DNA of 64,000 nt from Octopus sinensis (Eukaryota): contig NC_043005.1 of NCBI RefSeq assembly GCF_006345805.1, positions 17,856,001 to 17,920,000 of the forward strand, written 5' to 3'. The notes below the pieces were generated by a model. The model worked only from the letters and a program-made list of their open reading frames with translations, ran no database searches and was not told the origin of the DNA. The position numbers and the translations under genes are program-made. Positions 54,413 through 64,000 of the stretch are shown here, piece after piece; position 1 is the stretch's first letter, and each line of letters opens with the position of its first letter.

Positions 54413-54859
54413 AATAATAATAATAATCAATAAATAATTAATAAATAATTTTATTTAATTAATTATTAATTATTATTTATTTATTCATTCATGAATTTAT
54501 TTATTTATTAATTTTTAAATACATATTTTACCTGTGAATTTGTGTGTGTAATCTGGGAATGCATACAATGAGCTTCTGTGCCCTAGGTATACGGAAAACA
54601 GTCGGCGAGAAACGGAAGAAAATTTGAAGAAAGAAGGAAAAAAAATAATAGTTTCAAATTTTGGCACAAGGTAAGCAATTTTGGGGTGGGATAGTCGATT
54701 AAATCGACCCCAATACTCAACTGGTACTTATTTTATTTATCCCCAAAAGATGAAAAGCAAAGTCGACTTCGGCGGAATGTGAACTCAGAATTCAAAGACG
54801 GATGATATACCATTAAGCACTTTTCCTAACGTTTAATCGATGATACCAGCTCACCACCG

Positions 54860-54949
<90 letters not shown>

Positions 54950-55019
54950 TGATGATGATGATGATAATAATAATAATAATAATAATAATGATAATAATAA
55001 TAATAATAATAATGATAAT

Positions 55020-55107
<88 letters not shown>

Positions 55108-55108
<1 letters not shown>

Positions 55109-55475
55109 GAGCACACAGATGGCGCAAACCTTCGCCAGGCAACACCAACGTCCTCTCAATGATTAGTCAGGGATGATTTTTGAAATGAGAATATCTGAAA
55201 TAAACTTGATTTCCCTCATAAACAAGAATACTAAAAATGAATCTGACCGCTCCCCAAAATTAAGTAAAAAAAAAAAAGAAAAACAGGAAAATAATTCAGA
55301 ATCCGTGTCTGGTACCAGATCGATCTCAAAATCTAATCACTTCGTGCCAGTCACGAGACCAAACATCCCCGAAAGTTTCATCCGAATCTTGTCCACGGAC
55401 AACAAACCAACCAACCAAACAAACAAACAAACACGACTGAAAATAATACCTCCGCTTTCACTAAGGCGGAAGTAA
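55108..55475 (+). mobile_element. DINE-1/Helentron-like non-autonomous element
   Basis: GAAAGTTTCATCCGAATC, (CAAA)n, terminal hairpin ACCTCCGC...GCGGAAGT (55448-55473). Confidence 0.45.
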
Positions 55476-55549
55476 TAATAGAAATATTTTACCCCATTGT
55501 GACGTTGATGGCATGCGCTGCTCTCTCACTCAATAATAATAATAATAAC

Positions 55550-55624
<75 letters not shown>

Positions 55625-55625
<1 letters not shown>

Positions 55626-56179
55626 GCCCTGATGCAGTACCAGGCAGTGGCTCTCATGGCTTCTGATCTTAACTGATTGGAAGTGTTATCATGTACATTG
55701 TTTTGTCTTGGTATAAAAGATGGGCTACAGCAAATATTCTGCTCAATACCACAGATTTGCTTGTCAGTTGTTTGACCTTAACCAGTTGAGCATGTCCCTT
55801 AGTGGCTGACAATACGTGCATCTCTGATCACGAGCAGAAGTAGTGGGGGAGCATCATGGCCATGTGTTGAGAGGGATTCTTTGGAGTTTGAATGGTTCAC
55901 CTCTGGAAACATAGGTGTTTCGTTCAACATCCTAAAGCAACCCTTATTCAGGGACCTTTTGAGCAGGATGGGCTACTCAACCTGAAGAAAATTCTAACTG
56001 GGCCCCACCTGCAAGGTCATGTGCTGTTTATCTTGATATGAGATCACCATGTCGCGCACATATGGTTGTGATGCATGTGCCTGGTGTACCTTTATCAGAC
56101 GGGTAGTCATGATGGGTATATTGGGCTTCGTATATTTTACCCCAGTGCCACTTTGATGGCATGAACTGCTCTCTCACTC
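55625..56179 (+). mobile_element. T550 element, independent insertion
   Basis: Starts TGCCCTGATGCAGTACC, ends CTCTCACTC, (TAA)n on both sides; a 3' fragment lies at 55484-55531. Confidence 0.8.
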
Positions 56180-56285
56180 AATAATATAATAATAATATAA
56201 AAATAATAATAATAATAATGATATATAATAATAATAATAATATAATAATAATAATAATAATAATAATTTGATAATAATAATAATG

Positions 56286-56365
<80 letters not shown>

Positions 56366-56377
56366 TAATAATAATAA

Positions 56378-56408
<31 letters not shown>

Positions 56409-56524
56409 AATAAAAATAATATAATAATATAATAATAATAATAATAAAATAATGATAATATAATAATAATCATAATAATAATAATAATAATAATGATGAT
56501 AATAATAATAATATAATAATAATG

Positions 56525-56567
<43 letters not shown>

Positions 56568-56663
56568 TAATAATAATAATAAATAATAAAAATAATAATA
56601 ATAATGATAATAATAATAATAATAATAATAATAATATAATAATAATAATAGTAATAATAATAA

Positions 56664-56745
<82 letters not shown>
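56180..56745. repeat. long degenerate (TAA)n
   Basis: Directly visible. Confidence 0.95.
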
Positions 56746-57449
56746 GTTATTACTTCTAATAGTAATCACAAAATCCACAACGATTCATTCTGTCATATAT
56801 TTATTTTTACCACTTATCTATTTATTTATTCATGACTTAAGTGTTTAATATGATTTTTCTACATAAAACTTTATACACGGCTTAATTTTCATTGAATTTA
56901 AATTATGCATTTATACGCAAGTTAACGCTTCAGTATTTCTCACAAATTCCTGCTGCTGCTGCTGGTCGTTAGCTTGAAGAACAGCCCATTCTTCTACTTA
57001 TTATTTATGCTAAATATTTTGTTGTCTCTGAAGCTTAAACACCTACCTTCTCTCTGCTATTTCCTTATATGGAGATAGAGTGTTTGTCCTAATTCAATGG
57101 CTTTCACAAATCTCTCTATGTATCTCATCTTAGGCAAATAACTTCTCCCCGCTGTGACTCTCTATCTCTATCCCTCTCTCTTGACACTAAACCCGCTCTA
57201 TTCATGTCTACACTACCACTCTCTTTAATCATCCCATCTTCATTACTTTTTTTTTGTAATTCAACGCTTTGTGACCAGTCAACTGAGAGACCACTTGTAG
57301 AATAACGGACAACCAGTCCCTCTCTTTCAAAACCCGACCCAATCACATATGCATTACATTGAATTTTCCCTTACACAAATATGCATCGGTGAATTCCCAA
57401 GTGAAGGAAACAGGTCTAGTTTTTAAGAGTCATTATATTAACACACACA

Positions 57450-57481
<32 letters not shown>

Positions 57482-57527
57482 AAGACACACACATACATAT
57501 ATAGGTGCATATATGCGTAAACACATT

Positions 57528-57758
57528 GGCGGCGAGCTGGCAGAAACGTTAGCACGCCGGGCGAAATGCGTAGCCGTATTTCGTCTGCCGTTACGTTCCG
57601 AGTTCAAATTCCGACGAGGTCGACTTTGCCTTTCAACCTTTCGGGGTCGATAAATTAAGTACCAGTTACGCACTGGGGTCGATGTAATCGACTTGATCCC
57701 TTTGTCTGTCCTTGTTTGTCCCCTCTGTGTTTAGCCCCTTGTGGGTAGTAAAGAAATA
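57528..57758 (+). mobile_element. S2 SINE, imperfect ~15-bp TSD
   Basis: ATATGCGTAAACACA left, ATATGTGTAAACACA right. Confidence 0.9.
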
Positions 57759-57823
57759 TATATGTGTAAACACACAAATATACATACATGCACATATAAT
57801 TATAAACATCTGTATATAGTATA

Positions 57824-57856
<33 letters not shown>

Positions 57857-58020
57857 CTTTATATATATACTTATATATATATATACTTTTATATTATATA
57901 TATATATACTTTATATATATACTATATATATATATACTTTTATATATATATATATATACTTATATATATATATATTTTTATATATATATAATTTTATATT
58001 TATATATATACATATATATG

Positions 58021-58355
58021 TGTGACAAATTTGCCAACTAAGTGTGGTGTCCTATACAGGACAGTGCTACTGAAGTTTATAGTGCCAGGAAGACATCTCC
58101 TCCAGCTGACTAACGACACACATTCTATGTCCGATTAATATTTGCGAAGGGAGGTCATCGCTCCCATCTCTAGCCTTACGTGATACACGCGGACTCGAGT
58201 TACTGGTTGGTTACCTATCCTCAGTGTGTGTTAGCCACCAGCTAGTGATGGAAGCTCATTCTACTCGCAAATTACTATATATTTTTCTAGCGACTCACTG
58301 CCGCTGATCTCGTAGAAGAGAGGGAATGTTATATTAAATATCTGAGCAAGATATA

Positions 58356-58359
<4 letters not shown>
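58021..58359. mobile_element. possible solo LTR (TGTGACA...TAAACA) in (TA)n
   Basis: 339-bp unique unit with TG/CA ends and ATTAAA near the right end. Confidence 0.35.
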
Positions 58360-58418
<59 letters not shown>

Positions 58419-58424
<6 letters not shown>

Positions 58425-58688
58425 ACCGACCAGACCATCAGATGTTGCTACACATCGCTGGTCACAATGCATTCATATTGTTTTAGCCTTCGAATGACGC
58501 CACCCCGCTGGCTAAGCGATCAGGCCAACAGAAGAGTGAGAGAAAGAGTGGTGAAAGAGTACAGCAGGGATCACTACCCCCTGCCGGAGCAACGTGGAGC
58601 TTTTAAGTGTTTTTGCTCAATAAACACCACACACAACGCCTGGTCTGGGAATCGAAACCGCGATCCTACCACTGGGCCATTGCGCCTC

Positions 58689-58691
<3 letters not shown>
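58419..58691 (-). mobile_element. tRNA-derived CORE-like SINE (family S4), head internally deleted
   Basis: Minus strand GTGGAGGCGCAATGGCCCAGTGGTAGGATCGCGGTTTCGATTCC...TTGAGCAAAAACACTT. Confidence 0.7.
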
Positions 58692-58736
<45 letters not shown>

Positions 58737-58753
58737 TTATATATATATATATC

Positions 58754-58849
<96 letters not shown>

Positions 58850-59514
58850 ATATATATATATATATGTATATATATATATGTATGTATGTATGTATGTATG
58901 AATCCTAGTGCATTACTGTAGTCAAGTAGGATGAAATTACTACGCAAAACGCTAGACGATATCTTTTCTGTATGTACAAAAATGTTGAACACGAAATATT
59001 ACGAGCCGATGCAGAATAGTGGGAAATAACTGTCGAAGGCAAGCAAACCGAAACGTCGAAGGCCCATGTTAGCCCTTTCATCGAAAGAGTTAATAAATAT
59101 GTACTCTACTAAAAATCATTGAGTAATCCTTCAGTTCAGGGTTTAATTATTTATATATATAATTCGACATAAAAACGTTTATACGTATATTGCCCGAGGC
59201 AATCTCTTGCTACTCTCGAATATAAATATTATTAAACTTCACTACTATACTGAGTAACGGTCAGCACACGTTCACATATTGTTGTTTGTTCATTGGACTC
59301 ACTAATCCAGAGTCAACTAACCAGTCAATCAACACACACACACACACATATATGTATATATATATGTATATATATGTATATATATATATGTATATATAAT
59401 AATAAATATTAGGGAATAAATCCAAATTTACAAGGAAAAATCAGATTTAAGATTGAATCCAATTTTATAACTCGCTAAGACTTCATAGTTTATAACTCGC
59501 TAACAAGGTTTAGA

Positions 59515-59566
59515 AACCACCTGAAGAATGTCTAAGATGTGCTGACACGAAACGATCGTAGTGGTT
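59515..59566 (+). ncRNA. minimal type-I hammerhead motif in a ~270-bp (TA)n-embedded unit (59401-59668)
   Basis: AACCAC-CTGAAGA-ATGTC(TAAGATGTGCT)GACAC-GAAAC-GATC-GTA-GTGGTT; 6-bp stem I, palindrome ACGATCGT, cleavage after 59560; A.C at 10.1-11.1. Confidence 0.75.
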
Positions 59567-59663
59567 ATTCATTTGTTAAATTTTAATTTATATAAATTAT
59601 TTTATGTATTGGCTTAAGTCTTTCTTTGTTTGATTTGCATAATAGTGGTTTTGTCTCTAATTT

Positions 59664-59722
<59 letters not shown>

Positions 59723-59723
<1 letters not shown>

Positions 59724-60421
59724 GTGAGAAATTTGGGCTGTACCTCAATGTTAAGAAAACGAAGATCATGTCAACAGCAGCCACAACAAACATCAGCATC
59801 AAGATCGATAATGAAGAGATCGAAGTGGTTGATGATTTCATCTTCCTTGGCTCCAAAATAAATCGAGATGGTAACTGCACTCCAGAAATAAGACGGCGGA
59901 TAGTACTAGGCAGAGAGGTAATGGTTAGCATGAGCAGGGTCTGGAAGAGTAGAAACATCAGACTCGCTACCAAATGCAGATTGGTGAATGCAATTGTCTT
60001 CCCAATAGCAACATATGGATGCCAGACCTGGACACTAAAGAAAGCTGACCAGAAGAGAATTAATGCATTCGAGCTTTGGTGTTGGAGACGACTTTTACGG
60101 ATTCCATGGACAGCGAGGCTCACCAATGGAGAAGTTCTTAAGCAGATCAGGCCGAAACTGTCGCTGGAGGCTAGGATCACCAAGCATAGATTGGCATATT
60201 TTGGTCATACTATGCGGAGAAAATCCCTGGAGAAGGACATCATGCTCGGAATGGTCAGTGGCAAGAGAGGAGGAGGCCGACCAAGAACCCGCTGGCTTGA
60301 CACCATCAAGAGTGATACCGGAATGGACATAGCCAATCTGAAAGAAGCGGCCCAGGATAGAACTGACTGGAGGACACTGATCCAACGAGTGACCGAGAGT
60401 GGACTTCGACTGAGCGGATAA
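59723..60421 (+). CDS. RTE-clade (BovB-like) LINE RT C-terminus, 5'-truncated, stop-free
   Basis: GLYLNVKKTKIM, FIFLGSKIN, AIVFPIATYGCQTWTL, AFELWCWRRLLRIPWTAR, YFGHTMRR, GKRGGGRPRTRWLD. Confidence 0.9.
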
Positions 60422-60482
60422 AGGAGAAGATGTATCGTTGTAGTTTTTTCCGCCATCTTTCTTTTCTATTGGACTTTACTTT

Positions 60483-60517
60483 CTCTCTGAAGAAGAGCTT
60501 TGCTCGAAACGTTAAAC
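60483..60517 (+). ncRNA. minimal hammerhead motif in P2 copy (60440-60620), stem I weak
   Basis: CTGAAGA-A-GAGC(TTT)GCTC-GAAAC-GTT-AAAC. Confidence 0.45.
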
Positions 60518-60622
60518 CACCTTTCTTTCCTTTCCTGTGCGTCTGCTAGTACTTTATATGTAACCCGATCTCGTGTTGTTGCTTTTTGTGTGTTTGTTCG
60601 TTTATTTTGGGGATTTACTATA

Positions 60623-60730
<108 letters not shown>

Positions 60731-61169
60731 TATATATTGTGTGTGTGTGGTGTCATTACCTTCTACCAAACTTCTCTTGACCAATGACATCTAAGTGTAA
60801 TTTGGAAGCAGAAACTTGATGAATGCTCTTGTTTTTTGTTAGATTTAATCCATTTCCGTTTCAGCAGCGCCACCTTCCCCTTGGGTGGATTGAGTGAAGT
60901 CGGCAGTGTTGTAAACGTTAGGACCAGTCTCTGATTTGATGATATCGTCTTCCTTTCCACCCACCAACCTCAAATATGCGGTAAACGGTTATGTCCGTCG
61001 CTTATTTTTTTATCTTCTGATTTATCCATTAAAGAAAAAAAAAAAAAGAAAGAAGCGAGATAAAGCATCTCTGGCTTTTTACTAGCTGCATTAGTTCCGC
61101 TATCTTGAGTTTGATAATTGATAACTTCCAAAGATCACCAGCACAACCAGTTCCAGCACTGTCAATCGG

Positions 61170-61600
61170 CACCACCACCACCCCCCACCACCTACCACCA
61201 CCAGCGCCACCAGCGCCCCCCCCCACTACCGCCGCTACCACCACTACCGCCGCCGCCGCCCACCGCCACCGCCACTTCCACCACCACCACCACCACCACC
61301 ACCACCACCACCACCACACCACCATCACCGCCACCACCACTGTTACTATAACCATCCTTGTCGTCGTCATTTTCATTATCGTCATCATCGTCGTAGTTAC
61401 CATCATCGATGTTATCATCGTAATCATCGTAATCATCATCGTTACAACTACCCGCAGCAACAGCACCAGCACCACTTCCTCCTTCTCCTTCTCCTCCTCC
61501 CCAATCTCCTCTCCATCCTTCTCCTCCTCCTCCTCCTCCTCCTCCTCATTATTATCACCATATCATCATCGTCATCAACGGCATCATTATAATCCTCATA
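61170..61600. repeat. (CCA)n/(CCG)n/(TCA)n/(TCC)n triplet low-complexity tract
   Basis: Directly visible. Confidence 0.85.
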
Positions 61601-62669
61601 GTCATACTCCGAAAATACACTGCTATGAAGTACCCTCGACTGGAAATCAGTGAACAGCGAAGTAGAACGAAATATTGCAAATAAAATAAGAATATTAAAA
61701 CAACATCGAAATCTATTAATATGAACAGCTACAAAGGAAATAACCGCAGAGAAACAGTAGGAGACCCAACAATAGAAAATGGCGGTATTCGCATGCTTTC
61801 GTTTCGCAGGTTAATGGCGGTTATAAAGACCGTGATGAACAATAGTTCGTCATATATTGTAAGTTAATTTAGCTATAACACCAAGGAAATTTAAATAAAT
61901 AATGGCGAAAAAAAACTATAATAATTATCTCTTAAAAGCCGATTAATGAACAACAACCATGAAGTGTGGTTTAAGAGAGGTTCAATAGAGATTTGCGTTG
62001 ATGGGGAGATATATATATATAAAAATCAAAATAATAAAGTGAAACTGTAATTCGATTTTATGTTATAATATAGCTTTTATGCAGCTATATTTATAAGAAT
62101 AGTGAACGTGTAAATTTTCTAAAGACTTTTATATAATCGATAAACTTTTTTAAAAAATGGACAGTCGCTTCGTTTAATCAATGTTGTAGTTAGTGCTAAA
62201 TACCACTTCTCTTCGCATAACAATCATTGTTTCAATTAAAATTGCTCTTTGTTTTATATGTGCTATTATTACTGTTGTTGTTGTTGTTGTTAATATTTTG
62301 CCTTGCAGCATAGATTTAACTATTTATTTAGTTTACGCTCATTTTTGTTGGTTTATGTTTTCACTTTTTTTTTCTGCAATAAATAAGATGAGTTTTAAAG
62401 AAAAGATTGCATTTAGAAGAGCAATAGTTTATGGGATTACGAATAAACAAAGGCATCAAAAACAAATGAAACATAAATCACGTGTTCAAAAAGGCTGTAC
62501 GAAGGTCATAATGCATGATCTCCTGCGAAACCAGCATGTGAGTTACAAACGCATAACGAAATAGAGGTAACCTGTTGAAGCTTTGTGGCGTCCGTTGTTA
62601 TATATCTTGATAATTATGCAGTGCTCCTATAATTTACATTAGCTACAGTATCGACCGCTAAATATTGAT

Positions 62670-62840
62670 TTCAAATTTTGGCACAAGGCCAGCAAATTTG
62701 GGGGTGGTGAATAGTTGATTACATCGACACCAGTCCTCATCTGGTACTTATTTTCTCTACCCCAAGAGGATGAAAGACAAAATCGACCTGGGCGGGATTT
62801 GAACTGAACTTAAAGACAGACGAAATACCACTAAGCGTGC
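62670..62840 (-). mobile_element. S2-B SINE, degenerate
   Basis: GGCACAAGGCCAGCAAATTTG...GGATGAAAGACAAAATCGACC...GACGAAATACC. Confidence 0.65.
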
Positions 62841-62926
62841 TAAGCATTCAACCAGCCTAACGAATGCTAAAAATTGAGAAACAATCCTCTGTCGGTATGA
62901 TCATGTGTATCCAGTCGTAAAAAACC

Positions 62927-62998
62927 GTGTATCTAAAGCAACATATTTGTCAGGTGGTGGCATGTATGTATGTATATATATATATATAGATATATATA

Positions 62999-63075
<77 letters not shown>

Positions 63076-63123
63076 TACATACATACATGCCACCACCTGA
63101 CAAATATGTTGCTTTAGATACAC
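62927..63123. repeat. foldback: ~50-bp inverted arms around a (TA)n core
   Basis: GTGTATCTAAAGCAACATATTTGTCAGGTGGTGGCATGTATGTATGTATA and its exact reverse complement. Confidence 0.9.
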
Positions 63124-64000
63124 ATATATGTGTGTGTGTCTGTGTCTGTGTCTGTGTGTGTCTGTGTGTGTTTGTGCGTGTGTGCCTGTGTGTGTATGTG
63201 TGTGTATGTATATATATATGTATATATATATACACACATATATATGTATACATATATGTATGTATATATATAACTATATATCTGTATATACATACATATT
63301 TTATACACAGACACACACACATATATATATATTTATACATATATATATATACATAAATGCATATATATATATATATATATATATGTTGTTTTATTACCTA
63401 ATGTTCTATTTTAGTTTCATTTGGTTTTGTGTAATCGAAAGGAAACCATTAATAAAGAAAAATAACGCCCTTCAATCAAAACTTTGGTTTATCGAATTGA
63501 AGTATTCCACTTAGACACAGAAAAATTATTCTTCACATCTATCGACATTCAATTTAAAAAAAAATTGTAAATAATTTGATTACTTCAAGTCTGGTGTTTA
63601 AATTCATTTTAAAATGAAAAATATTTTTTGTAGATAATGTATAAAGAGCGTAGAAAGAGAGTATAACTTATTATTCATATATTATGTCAATTTCATTAAT
63701 GTAAAGTGTTTTATAAACACAGGACCACCATAACCCTTTTATATAATCTTTTATATAATCTGGAATTTTTGTGACGATGATTGACAATGTGTCCAATATT
63801 ATGTGCAATTAGCAAGTATGGCTTTGTAACATGCACCATGCTTTCACTAAATTTTTACCAATCATGTAGCTGCGAGCAGACATAGATAGCCTCTCGGCAT
63901 TGTCTCCTTTGACCCAAAGGGAACACACCGGATGTAAATGTTGGGGGAAGAAAGCGCTGTACTAGTACCCAGATGGTACTCACTACAGCAGAATAAATTG

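Larger units (their letters stand above)
52061..55107. repeat. ~1.51-kb tandem duplication (units start at 52061 and 53575)
   Basis: Each unit has a Dong fragment with the same truncation point, the 550-bp element, an AT-rich spacer, an S2-B SINE and (GAT)n(TAA)n. Confidence 0.9.

Noticed and set aside
55625-55720. HDV-like ribozyme at the 5' end of T550 (expected by analogy with R2/R4)
   Set aside because: I could not build P1/P1.1/P2 by eye; only a GCTCTC(G/A)TGGC resemblance to P3-L3. A descriptor search is still needed.
59030-59062. CTGTCGA-AGG..CC-GAAAC-GTC hammerhead-like motif
   Set aside because: Core A6 is mutated, stem II is 2 bp and there is no stem I.

Overview
AT-rich, microsatellite-dense metazoan genomic DNA. 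The SINE families and repeat landscape resemble what I recall from octopod cephalopods (inference, not checked against a database). I found no intact host protein-coding gene and no CRISPR. Nearly all long ORFs in the track are microsatellite artefacts or antisense frames. The window is a nested retro/DNA-transposon landscape: Dong/R4-like REL retrotransposons sitting only in (TAA)n, a Penelope-like RT-thumb/GIY-YIG fragment, CR1/L2-group and RTE LINE fragments, several tRNA-SINE families, a decayed full-length Tc1, mariner/piggyBac/hAT/Tigger remnants and non-autonomous Helitrons. It also holds two decayed host-derived relics, an alpha-tubulin fragment and an intron-containing tRNA-Lys(TTT). 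Best discoveries: (1) type-I hammerhead ribozyme motifs from at least five sequence-unrelated (TA)n-associated units, each pointing toward a nearby (TA)n. These include a U3-A8 core variant in the Penelope 3' UTR and a 386-bp palindrome carrying one full hammerhead on each strand. (2) A 5S-rRNA-headed SINE sharing its 3' stem-loop tail with a tRNA/CORE SINE and with the 3' end of the CR1-group LINE. (3) A ~550-bp non-coding element that shares the (TAA)n target of Dong. All folds and translations were done by eye and need computational confirmation.
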